A stretch of 42,115 nt of DNA from Candidatus Caldarchaeum sp. (GTDB lineage Archaea; Thermoproteota; Nitrososphaeria_A; Caldarchaeales; Caldarchaeaceae): NCBI GenBank assembly GCA_038831915.1, contig JAWBKB010000011.1:8696-50810 (forward strand), written 5' to 3'. Of this stretch, positions 1 to 8,248 are shown in pieces; the first letter of the stretch is position 1; every line of letters starts with the position of its first letter. A program made the position numbers and the translations under genes. The notes beneath the pieces were generated by a model. It worked only from the letters and a program-made list of their open reading frames with translations. It was not told the origin of the DNA and did no database searches.

Positions 1-249
1 TATGATTTGGAGCTTTTGACGCGGATAGTCCATCGTGCAGACCGCGTTAACCAGACGAGCAACGACGTGTTTTTCGTTGTAGATGGGTAGGTGAACAGAG
101 ACTCTAGGATAATGGTTCAGCTGCGTCGACGGCGGCGGCTTGTATTTTCTCGAGAGCATCAAAAGATGTATGTAAGGAATTATGTACAGTGGTAGGATGG
201 CTGAAATGGTGATGAAGAAAGCGGCTAAACTCGATTGAAGAAACGACAT
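1..249 (-). CDS. GT2-family glycosyltransferase (cellulose-synthase-like), N-terminal part; runs off the window start
   Basis: Absent from the ORF track. Manual translation from ATG 249: MSFLQSSLAAFFITISAILPLYIIPYIHLLMLSRKYKPPPSTQLNHYPRVSVHLPIYNEKHVVARLVNAVCTMDYPRQKLQII..., an N-terminal TM helix followed by the GT2 motif P.VSV.LPxYNE...LDYP..KL.I. Confidence 0.9.
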   Translation of the reverse strand, partial: MSFLQSSLAAFFITISAILPLYIIPYIHLLMLSRKYKPPPSTQLNHYPRVSVHLPIYNEKHVVARLVNAVCTMDYPRQKLQII

Positions 250-348
250 ATCGACTACACTGTGAACCGGTGGGAAAAAAATCTATGCCAAATCAACAAT
301 TTGATAATTGGGCAAAATCATAATTATTTGTTCACCTCTTCAGGCTTA

Positions 349-1122
349 ATGATGCTTCCACTCGAGGGTGGAATTTCTTTCATGCTCGATGTCCCGACAG
401 AGAGTTCGCATGAAATTCACGGAGTTGTTCGGGGTCTATGCCCAGTGTACAAAGGTTTGGCGTTGATAGGAGAGGGGATGGGAATAGCGGGCGTTGTCGG
501 AATCACAGGCAGAAAAACACTTTTCCCACTGGATGCCCAAACAACCACGATATGCGATGTCATTTTCCGAAAGATTGAACTTAACGGCTTATCGATAAAA
601 TATTTCGCAAACATCGTAGTCGACAAGCCCTACAGAGCCGCGCACAAGCTGTTCCGCCAATTTTATCTTGGTAGTGATTTTTTCCGCCCACTTTCGTATT
701 TGGTGATGGCCACGCGTTCGGTAGCGGTGAAAAGCCGTTATCATCGAATCAGTAGTTTCGGATCTGTTGAGATTCGTTACGAAATAGATGGCAGGTCGAT
801 TAGTGTGGCGGTTAGACGAAAAACTTTTGGGAAGTTTAAGATTTTGGTCGCCAACGAGCTTTCGGGAAGGCTTTTTTCACGTCTGCGGGTGAACGATTCG
901 CCGGTCAGGTTCAAGCCTTGGATGAAAATCGAGAAAGGGCCTGTGGAACTTCGGTCTCCTTTGTTGAATCTTGCGATGGAAATTGAAAAGCCCGACGACG
1001 TAACGGCTTATGCAGGGCGGGAAGTTTTGATGAACTGGCTTGACTGGGCGGGGATAAGCTTCGAGCTTCCACCAGAGCGGGATACCTTAAACTACCAAGT
1101 GGTGTTCAGACCCATTGAATGA
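349..1122 (+). CDS. Hypothetical protein, translationally coupled to the radical SAM gene
   Basis: Part of ORF 235..1122. Start moved to in-frame ATG 349/352 because 235-249 overlaps the divergent GT2 gene and 250-348 is AT-rich promoter-like DNA. Stop overlaps the next start (TTGAATGA). Confidence 0.7.
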   Translation: MMLPLEGGISFMLDVPTESSHEIHGVVRGLCPVYKGLALIGEGMGIAGVVGITGRKTLFPLDAQTTTICDVIFRKIELNGLSIKYFANIVVDKPYRAAHKLFRQFYLGSDFFRPLSYLVMATRSVAVKSRYHRISSFGSVEIRYEIDGRSISVAVRRKTFGKFKILVANELSGRLFSRLRVNDSPVRFKPWMKIEKGPVELRSPLLNLAMEIEKPDDVTAYAGREVLMNWLDWAGISFELPPERDTLNYQVVFRPIE

Positions 1123-2494
1123 CTTGACGCTGATTTTCCCGTATTTCGACGACGGAAGGTCTAAGTCGTTCAAGTTTCCGCCTCTCGGCATAGGCTATAT
1201 CTCTTCATATTTGAGAAGCTTCGGCTACAAAGTGGATATTATCGATTGCACTTTCAGACGGTTCGACGAAGTGGTCGAAAAGGCTTCGCGTTCAAAGGTC
1301 GTTGGGATTTACAGCATGCTTTCAATGGTGAAAACGGCTATCGACATTGCGCGTGCTTTGAGAAATAGGGTCGATTTACTTATTGCTGGTGGCCCGATGC
1401 CCTCCGCCTATCCCGCGAAATTCCTCGATGACTTCGACATCGTTGTCCGAGGTGAAGGTGAGGAGACCATGCTGGAAATCATGAATGAAATGGATAGCAG
1501 CATGAATTTTGAAAGAGTCCGCGGGATCTACATATCGAAACATCTAATTGAGAAAAACGTTATTAGGGTTTGGGCAAATGGCGGCGGCCATTTTTTTACA
1601 GGTGAAAGGCCTCTGATAAAGAACTTGGATGAGCTGCCTTTTCCCGCCAGGGACCTCTACGACAATGAGTTCTACAAGCAGTATTACCGGAGGCTTTATC
1701 GCTACACTATGACATCGATGATAGCCTCCCGTGGCTGTCCTTTTTCGTGTGATTTCTGCTGGCGACCTGATTACGGCAGAGTTTACCGGACGCGGAGCCC
1801 TGAAAACATCGCCGATGAAATGGAGGAAATCAGGTATAAGTATGGGTATGAGAGGATTTGGTTTGCGGACGAGCTTTTCATCGCAAACCGTAAACATGTT
1901 TTGAAGCTTTGCGATGAGATTATCAGCAGAAAGCTCGATGTTTTGTGGGAATGTTTGGCGAGGGCTGATTTGATGGATACAGAAGTGGCTAAAGCCATGA
2001 AGAAAGCAGGATGCCACAAAGTCATTTTCGGATTGGAAGCGGGGGACGACAGAACCCTTCAGCTGATGAACAAAAAGCTGACGATAAAACAGTCGAAAAA
2101 AGCCGTTCACACCTCTGTTAAGGCAGGGTTGAAGGTTGGCGCGTTCTTCATACTGGGATATCCCGGCGAAACAAACGAAACCATGCTCAAAACCATCAAA
2201 CTAGCGTCAAGTCTTCCGCTCGACTACTTCTCGATGACCGTTCCGTATCCGCTGCCTGGAACAAAGCTCTACGAAAACGTGAAAGACCGCATGATAGCCG
2301 AGGAATGGGAAAAACCTTTGCACGGCTACGACCATCGACTACTTTTCAAACATGACTTTTCCATCGAAAAGCTGAAGTACGGGATGTGGAAAGCTCAGAC
2401 CCAGTGGAAGCTGCGGAAGAAGCTCGGGCCTTTCTACGTGTTTCTGAAGCCTTGGGAGTTTTACACAGACCATGTCTTCAAGGGGAAAAAATAG
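1115..2494 (+). CDS. B12-binding-domain radical SAM protein (class B; BchE/HpnJ/HpnP-like)
   Basis: N-terminal cobalamin-binding region (PPLGIGYISSYL, IAGGPMPS, VRGEGEET); CxxxCxxC motif SRGCPFSCDFC; FADELF, FGLEAG, FILGYPGET, PLPGT. Confidence 0.92.
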   Translation: MNDLTLIFPYFDDGRSKSFKFPPLGIGYISSYLRSFGYKVDIIDCTFRRFDEVVEKASRSKVVGIYSMLSMVKTAIDIARALRNRVDLLIAGGPMPSAYPAKFLDDFDIVVRGEGEETMLEIMNEMDSSMNFERVRGIYISKHLIEKNVIRVWANGGGHFFTGERPLIKNLDELPFPARDLYDNEFYKQYYRRLYRYTMTSMIASRGCPFSCDFCWRPDYGRVYRTRSPENIADEMEEIRYKYGYERIWFADELFIANRKHVLKLCDEIISRKLDVLWECLARADLMDTEVAKAMKKAGCHKVIFGLEAGDDRTLQLMNKKLTIKQSKKAVHTSVKAGLKVGAFFILGYPGETNETMLKTIKLASSLPLDYFSMTVPYPLPGTKLYENVKDRMIAEEWEKPLHGYDHRLLFKHDFSIEKLKYGMWKAQTQWKLRKKLGPFYVFLKPWEFYTDHVFKGKK

Positions 2495-3167
2495 AATCTC
2501 CCTTTCTTAGCCATGTGTAGGCTGCGGCGACGAGCACGATGTTTTGCGGAAAAGCGAGCGGATAACCGGCCACGACCGTGAAAACAGCCAGCGTAGCTAT
2601 GACAAATATCATCGCGTATTTCCTTAACAGCCCCGATAATATCCAAAGGCCGAGGAAGACCTCGTAAGCGCCTAGAAAAAAAGTGATTTCGTCAAGGAAC
2701 GCACTCGGCAGAATTCTGCGAGTTACCTGATTAACCGATAAGTAAGTGATGAAATGGACGGGGTTTCGGAACGCGTCAACACCCCATTCGAAAAAAGGAT
2801 ACGCGAGGCCGAGCCTGAACAAACCATCCAGAGCTTTCGCCGAAAAATTGTTAAATCTTTGCGGCAGCAGGCCGGCGAGGAAGACGGCTGTAACCCCGAT
2901 TATTCCAACTGACTGGGGTTCGGCGATGGGTTCGACGGGCTTCACAAACAACCAATAGTATGTTAATAGAACCATGGTCGCAGCTGCCGCGTGTCTGTTT
3001 TGTTCGGCGATGAAAAGCACAGCGGCAGCGAGATGGAACAGTGCGAAAACAGGGGGTATCAGCGGTTTGAAGACATATCTTTCCGGCTCGATAAGAAGCG
3101 ACAAGGCCCAGATAACGTGAGCAACGACTAAGCTTGCCGCGAAAATTTTCACCTCATCCACCTCCAT
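2478..3167 (-). CDS. Multi-pass membrane protein with a DoxX-like C-terminal half
   Basis: About 7 hydrophobic helices; RLGLAYPFFEWG...LGAYEVFLGLWILSG resembles DoxX. ATG 3167 overlaps the upstream gene end (ORF track start 3209). Confidence 0.65.
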   Translation of the reverse strand: MEVDEVKIFAASLVVAHVIWALSLLIEPERYVFKPLIPPVFALFHLAAAVLFIAEQNRHAAAATMVLLTYYWLFVKPVEPIAEPQSVGIIGVTAVFLAGLLPQRFNNFSAKALDGLFRLGLAYPFFEWGVDAFRNPVHFITYLSVNQVTRRILPSAFLDEITFFLGAYEVFLGLWILSGLLRKYAMIFVIATLAVFTVVAGYPLAFPQNIVLVAAAYTWLRKGDSIFSP

Positions 3168-4321
3168 AGATTCTTGCGCCAAATTACATACCAGAGAACC
3201 CACCACCAAATTACTGCAACTAGGAATTTCGCTAATAGACGCGTCGAATGGTCAAACAAGGCAAGCGTTTCGACTACTTCAGGCCATAGAAGGTATAGTT
3301 GTTGGGGGATGGCGAAGTTGACGCCGGCGAAAACCAGTGGAATGACCCATAGCAAACGTGTCGGAAGACGGTTTGAAATGACGATTAATAGAGCATGGAT
3401 GATGATTAGGTTTTGTTCGGAAACCCACGGCCTGACCGTGAAAAACAGCGAAGCCGAAAACAGTCCCAGCCGCGCGATACCATCCACAGTTGTGGGCGGA
3501 AAAACCACGCCGATAAAAATAGCAAGAAGTATCGCGAAAACCGACAGGTATCCAACGGCCTGAAATGTCTCAGGCAGGACCGGGCTGTTGTAAAAATATT
3601 CAACTAAGTTCATGATGGAAATTCCGCCGGCTGGTTTGAACCAGTTGACGAAGCCGTTCAGGACGGTTTCCAAGGGCCAGCCAAACGCGGCGAAAGGAAG
3701 GAAAAATAAGAGCGTCGAAAATGTTACGGTATAGATTATTGTTTTCATGTTTCGCAGCCATGCACAGATGAAGGCCGGGGCCATCGCCACGGCTAACGGC
3801 TTCACCATCAGAGAAACTGAAAGGTTTAGCGCTTTGTGGCTGCCGTAGAGCGCCAAAAGAGCCAGCAAGGCGGCTATGTTGTCAGGCTTCCCCCAAACGG
3901 CTGTGACCAGCAGCAAGAAAGGGTTGAACAGAAAAAACCGATAATCGCCGTTCCTCATCTTGATGAAATAGCTGAGAAACAGGTTCGCCGCAATTATCGG
4001 AATCTTCAGCAGGATGTTGAAGACAAATATCTGACCTGATGAAAGAAAATAAGCCGCTCCCGTGTAAAGGGCCCATAACGGTGTTTCTCCTATTCCCTGC
4101 ACGTAGCTTCCATATCCAGATGCCAAAACATCTTCCACGAACCCGCCTTCGTAAGGCGAAGAACCGCAGACGATGTTCCGACCGGCCACATAACTGACCT
4201 GAAAATCATACCCGTGAGCCAGAAACAAACCCAAAACAACCTGAACAAAAACAGAAACAACAACTTCCCGCCGTCTAACAAACATTAGAAAATCATACCT
4301 GGCAACGCGGCGGTTTTCCAA
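3149..4321 (-). CDS. GT-C fold membrane glycosyltransferase (GT87/PIG-M/DUF2029-like)
   Basis: Polytopic protein with early-loop Asp (HGYDF) and motifs LKIPIIAANL, FLFNPFLLLVTAVWGKPD, SLMVKP, typical of lipid-linked-sugar transferases. Confidence 0.75.
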   Translation of the reverse strand: MENRRVARYDFLMFVRRREVVVSVFVQVVLGLFLAHGYDFQVSYVAGRNIVCGSSPYEGGFVEDVLASGYGSYVQGIGETPLWALYTGAAYFLSSGQIFVFNILLKIPIIAANLFLSYFIKMRNGDYRFFLFNPFLLLVTAVWGKPDNIAALLALLALYGSHKALNLSVSLMVKPLAVAMAPAFICAWLRNMKTIIYTVTFSTLLFFLPFAAFGWPLETVLNGFVNWFKPAGGISIMNLVEYFYNSPVLPETFQAVGYLSVFAILLAIFIGVVFPPTTVDGIARLGLFSASLFFTVRPWVSEQNLIIIHALLIVISNRLPTRLLWVIPLVFAGVNFAIPQQLYLLWPEVVETLALFDHSTRLLAKFLVAVIWWWVLWYVIWRKNLWRWMR

Positions 4322-4424
4322 GACATTTCACAAGTCAGGGCCAGACATTTTTAAAGGCTTCTCAATCGCATAACCTTAAACAGTCTAAACGAAGGAAATA
4401 ACAGGAGCTATTTCAGTGATTTTT

Positions 4425-5453
4425 CTAGACCTGTTCGACCCATTCGCCGAGCTTGTTGAGGTCTGTGTGGCCTTGGGGCGGCATTCCGATCAACAACGGT
4501 GGGGAAAGCGGCTTTCTTAACCAATAAATGTTATGCATAATGATTGTGGGAAGAAGCCATAAAAGATTCAACACCATCATTCCATCGGCGGAAACGACGC
4601 CGCTTAGATTTGTCGACCAAACACCGGAAACGAACAACACCGCGACTATTGTTGCTATTCCTCTTTTTGGCTGTCGAAATCTCAGTGTCAGCGGATACGC
4701 CATCGACCATGACAAGACAACTGACCAAAGAATTACGCTGGAGAAGAATCGTAACGCAGTTTCCGAGAAAAATTGTTGCGAACTCGTGAGGTACATGATT
4801 AGAAGCGTGGGTATCGATGTCGTGGCTATGATTGCGAGGCCGATTTTCGGCTGGCGCCATAGTGACGTGAAAGGACATCCCTGCAAAACGAAGGGTGTTG
4901 AAAAGATTAGCGTCAACCCAAGGTTTGAAACTGTCAATACATGCAAGTTATCGATGTTGAGAATGTTTTGAAGAGGTATCGTTGCCGAAACGCTGATAAT
5001 GATGCTTGTTACAACCGCTATTATGAGACCTTTTTTAGGTTCGGCATGATAAAGCGGCCATCCGGACATTACAATCCCCCACACTATTAATATCCATAGG
5101 AAAATCACTGCGAAGAAACTAGGGTTGAAGATGGTTGCTGCATGCGATACCCAATACGTGGTGGCGGCCGCTGCAAGAGTTAAAATAGTCATTGCTGCGC
5201 CGGCTTTCAACGTGTTGTTTGTAAAGTTACCGCACGGAGGCGAGTAGGGCCATCCACGGCCCGTCGTAGTGAAAAGAATCAGCCACGCCGCGACCAAAGC
5301 TAGAAAATCTCGGAAATTTGTCAAGACATTGTTGAACACGATTCCCAACATAGCAAACACGGTTAACTGAAGCAGTGATTCCAACCGATACCTTACGTTG
5401 AAATCGTTCCACGTTTTCGAACCTACTCCGATTGCTCTCATACAACAGTTCAC
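4425..5453 (-). CDS. Polytopic membrane protein with internal repeats, putative transporter
   Basis: About 10 TM segments; repeated GWP/GCP/AYP...(Q/E)PKxG units; last gene of the minus-strand catabolic run; exact start uncertain. Confidence 0.7.
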   Translation of the reverse strand: MNCCMRAIGVGSKTWNDFNVRYRLESLLQLTVFAMLGIVFNNVLTNFRDFLALVAAWLILFTTTGRGWPYSPPCGNFTNNTLKAGAAMTILTLAAAATTYWVSHAATIFNPSFFAVIFLWILIVWGIVMSGWPLYHAEPKKGLIIAVVTSIIISVSATIPLQNILNIDNLHVLTVSNLGLTLIFSTPFVLQGCPFTSLWRQPKIGLAIIATTSIPTLLIMYLTSSQQFFSETALRFFSSVILWSVVLSWSMAYPLTLRFRQPKRGIATIVAVLFVSGVWSTNLSGVVSADGMMVLNLLWLLPTIIMHNIYWLRKPLSPPLLIGMPPQGHTDLNKLGEWVEQV

Positions 5454-5456
5454 CGC

Positions 5457-6287
5457 TCATTCAATATGCTCGATTAGGTCGTCGACGTTTCTGACCGTTA
5501 AGTCGGCCTCCCCGTTAGCGTTTCTTTCCCATCGTTGAACACTCGACACTAAAACCGTTGTTATCCCCAGCGAATGGGCTGGAGCTATGTCCGCTTCATA
5601 GGAGTCTCCAACCATCACAGCTTCATCGGGCTTTATCTTCAGTTGGTTAAGCACAGTTTGATAATGGATGAGGCTCGGCTTACCGACAACTACTGCTTCA
5701 CGTCCAGTCTGATATTCCAGGCACTGAACGATCGCGCCCGGTGAAAGACATGGTCCATGATTTGGCGAATAATACCATCTGACCTTGTTAACGGCTAGAA
5801 AGTAGGCTTCTTTATTGTTGATTGCTCTTAAAGCCGCTGTGAGTTTTTTGAAGGAGATTGCTCTATCATGTCCGACTACTACTGCTTCTGCTTCTCTCCA
5901 ATTACTCGTAAGACGATGTCCGTGTTTGACCAGCTCTGCTTTCAAACCCTCTTCGCCGACTACGAGACACTTTGTTTTTCCAAGTTTTTCTCTTAGGTAA
6001 TGTGACGCGACTCGCGAGGCGAGCCACAGTTGTTCGATTGTGATCATGAATCCTAATGAACGGAAGTATGACCATGCTTCGTTTGTGCTCCAGTTTGAGC
6101 CGCTTCCCAGAAGAGCGTAACTGATACCTTTTTTCCGGAGACGAGAGAACAAACGGTAGCCTCCTAGCACTCTTGTTTCCCATTCCATCATACCGGTGAG
6201 TAGAACGCCGTCGATGTCGAAAAGGAACAGTTTTTTGTCTTTTAAATTAATCAGTGTAAACCCCGAGGAGGACTTTCCCGTTTTCAA
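5457..6287 (-). CDS. HAD-superfamily subfamily IIA phosphatase (NagD/CreD-like)
   Basis: Motif I FDIDGVL, VVGKPS, MVGDSYEADI. The real start may be near 6254, since the first ~11 codons overlap the upstream gene. Confidence 0.9.
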   Translation of the reverse strand: MKTGKSSSGFTLINLKDKKLFLFDIDGVLLTGMMEWETRVLGGYRLFSRLRKKGISYALLGSGSNWSTNEAWSYFRSLGFMITIEQLWLASRVASHYLREKLGKTKCLVVGEEGLKAELVKHGHRLTSNWREAEAVVVGHDRAISFKKLTAALRAINNKEAYFLAVNKVRWYYSPNHGPCLSPGAIVQCLEYQTGREAVVVGKPSLIHYQTVLNQLKIKPDEAVMVGDSYEADIAPAHSLGITTVLVSSVQRWERNANGEADLTVRNVDDLIEHIE

Positions 6288-7200
6288 CCTTCACTGGAAA
6301 TGTTGCTATAGGCCGTGCCAGCCCATGATGAGGCTGGGTTAGAACTCTGCCGCTTCTAACGTCGAACTTCGCAAGATGGTCGATGCATGACACTGAGTAG
6401 GAATCGATGAAGCCATCGTGCAGAAAGCCTCCTTCGTGCGTGCATAAGTTTTCAACGGCGAATATTTTGTCCATGGTGCTGACGAGAAGCACCTCCATCC
6501 ATCCATTCAATAGTATCAATTTCTTTCTGCTGGCAAGCAGCTCATTTACGTCGCATACGGGAATCCATGATTTGGGCTGACGTGTCTCCACGCCTTCATG
6601 TGGGAAAATCCCCATGGACAGTGGCAAAATAACGTTGAGCAACCTTAACGAGGGTTGAAAGATGTCAGGTTCCTTCACGTATCTGCCTATGAAGTCTTCC
6701 ATGTACGTGTTGTAGTCGTCGTCCCTTTCTATGATCGGTAGTAAAAGCTCACGCACTTGTCTGTCGTCCATGTAAAAGACTGCCGCCCTCGCCGCGGTAA
6801 CGATGAAGCGTAAAACCGCTCTGCAGGCAGCGAGTAGGTCTGCCATATTTTCCGCTTCCTTTAAACTTTCTAGATACGCTTCGTAAGCTCGTTGATTGTG
6901 CTTCGGCCTGTTATCGGTTTTGATTTCAATCAAGTTGCAGAATTGTCGTCTGTATTTGGTGAGGTATGTTAGAAGCTTGCCGAGCCTGTCGTAAAGATAC
7001 GGGTCGTCGGCGACTTCCTTCGCGTCCACACTCGCATGCATCAAACAGTAGATGACGTATTCCAGCATTGTAAGGACGTTTTGGACGCAGTTCCACGCCT
7101 GCCGCTGGTCTCGGCCTTTGAACACCGAGGAATAGGCGTTCCAGACGAGTGCTTCAAAGTCTTCCGTACGGACTTCTGTTATGATGGGTTTTTGGGTCAT
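6247..7200 (-). CDS. Fusion of a ligand-less ferritin-like helical domain and a C-terminal Rieske [2Fe-2S] ferredoxin
   Basis: C-terminal CTH-x16-CIDH Rieske motif with FAVENLC and FDVRSG...P. The N-terminal ~200 aa aligns by eye with the neighbouring di-iron protein but lacks its ExxH motifs. Confidence 0.8.
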   Translation of the reverse strand: MTQKPIITEVRTEDFEALVWNAYSSVFKGRDQRQAWNCVQNVLTMLEYVIYCLMHASVDAKEVADDPYLYDRLGKLLTYLTKYRRQFCNLIEIKTDNRPKHNQRAYEAYLESLKEAENMADLLAACRAVLRFIVTAARAAVFYMDDRQVRELLLPIIERDDDYNTYMEDFIGRYVKEPDIFQPSLRLLNVILPLSMGIFPHEGVETRQPKSWIPVCDVNELLASRKKLILLNGWMEVLLVSTMDKIFAVENLCTHEGGFLHDGFIDSYSVSCIDHLAKFDVRSGRVLTQPHHGLARPIATFPVKVENGKVLLGVYTD

Positions 7201-7895
7201 AGCGCGTGTGCTTGTGAAAGTTCCACTCGTTTTCTCCGGGCTTTATCTATGGTCGGCAACGTGTATTTCTCTGTTATCTCTAAAACGTCTTTCCGAGCTT
7301 CCGCCGTGGTGCATAATTTTAGCCATGTCCGTTCGGCGATTGACCAGTGGAACAATTCGTCATCGAGAAGCTCTCTAAACACAGCCCTTATCTCGGGATG
7401 GTTTTCGCCAGCCCCATCTTCAACTCCTCTATGATGGCTGACGCTGGTCCATTCTACGACTTGTAGAACGGATGTAAACCTTAGCTGGAAGAACTTTGGA
7501 TTTTCGAGGGCGAGTTTGATTGGTAGTTCGAAAACTTGAACCCATTCCTCCATGGGCTTGAAATTGTCCATGTTTCCTCCATATTTTTTCAAAAGTCTAT
7601 GACGTAAAAGCCAGTGTCTCGCTTCGTCTGACACCTGCCTAGCAAACAACGGATAAAACTCTGGGTCAACGTATTCCGCATAGCTTCGCACAAGCTTGGC
7701 TACGACAGCGGCGGCAGCCCATTCATTCCAAGTTCCCTGCCTAAGCCAGGAAATAATGGACCCCGTGTCAGCTGTTTTGATCCAGTCGCGTCCATATCTA
7801 TAGTGTTGTTCAAAGTGGTGCTGATTGATTCTCTTAAAATATTCTACGAATTCGTGCGGGGTCATGTTCTCAAAATCGACGCCCATCAAGCCCAC
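7197..7895 (-). CDS. Ferritin-like di-iron carboxylate protein, putative oxygenase catalytic subunit
   Basis: Complete E...ExxH...E...ExxH ligand set: WNEW, DEARH, VVEW, DELFH; 4-bp overlap with the Rieske-fusion gene; start GTG 7895 or ATG 7886. Confidence 0.85.
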   Translation of the reverse strand: MGLMGVDFENMTPHEFVEYFKRINQHHFEQHYRYGRDWIKTADTGSIISWLRQGTWNEWAAAAVVAKLVRSYAEYVDPEFYPLFARQVSDEARHWLLRHRLLKKYGGNMDNFKPMEEWVQVFELPIKLALENPKFFQLRFTSVLQVVEWTSVSHHRGVEDGAGENHPEIRAVFRELLDDELFHWSIAERTWLKLCTTAEARKDVLEITEKYTLPTIDKARRKRVELSQAHAL

Positions 7896-7908
7896 CTTGA
7901 TGAACGCA

Positions 7909-7934
7909 CCGATGTATCGGATATAAGCGTTTTG
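7909..7934 (-). promoter_or_regulatory. Internal BRE/TATA promoter with an adjacent palindrome upstream of the di-iron gene
   Basis: Minus strand reads AAAACG-CTTATAT-CCGATACATCGG: TATA about 30 bp from the start codon, followed by a CCGAT-n2-ATCGG inverted repeat at 7909-7920. Confidence 0.5.
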
Positions 7935-7938
7935 TGTT

Positions 7939-8244
7939 TTACATTTTTTGGGGCAAGCCTCGGCCGTAGCCTATCTTCGCGATTTGTTCTCTTGAAGGCC
8001 ACTCGCCGAAGGCTTGCCAAACGAGTGCGAAGATTATGTATGGTTGAACTCCCATGTCATACATCTCGACTCCGTCACGGGACATGACGAGTTTTCTTTC
8101 CTCCTCTGATAGGCCGAATTCGTTCATGACGTTTTCGGGGTCTTTTTGAAATCTTTCCCTGAGTTCTGGGCTTCTTGAGATGCTGTATCCGAGCTTGTGG
8201 AGCTTTAGGAATTTAAGCGGTGGATATCTGAACACGATGGTCAT
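7939..8244 (-). CDS. ligA: Extradiol ring-cleavage dioxygenase small subunit (LigA-like)
   Basis: PELRERFQKDPENVMNEFGLSEEERKLVMSRDGVEMYDMGVQPYI is a LigA-type signature; ATG 8244 follows a GAGGTGA RBS; adjacent to ligB. Confidence 0.8.
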   Translation of the reverse strand: MTIVFRYPPLKFLKLHKLGYSISRSPELRERFQKDPENVMNEFGLSEEERKLVMSRDGVEMYDMGVQPYIIFALVWQAFGEWPSREQIAKIGYGRGLPQKM

Positions 8245-8248
8245 GGTT

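Noticed and set aside
235-348. N-terminal extension of ORF 235..1122
   Set aside because: It overlaps the start of the divergent GT2 gene and spans AT-rich promoter-like DNA; ATG 349/352 is more plausible.
5227-5460. 77-aa ORF whose ATG overlaps the HAD stop (ATGA), hinting at a frameshifted start of the membrane protein
   Set aside because: The peptide is not convincingly protein-like, in-frame GTG/ATG starts exist at 5453/5441, and I saw no slippery site. Homologues are needed to resolve it.
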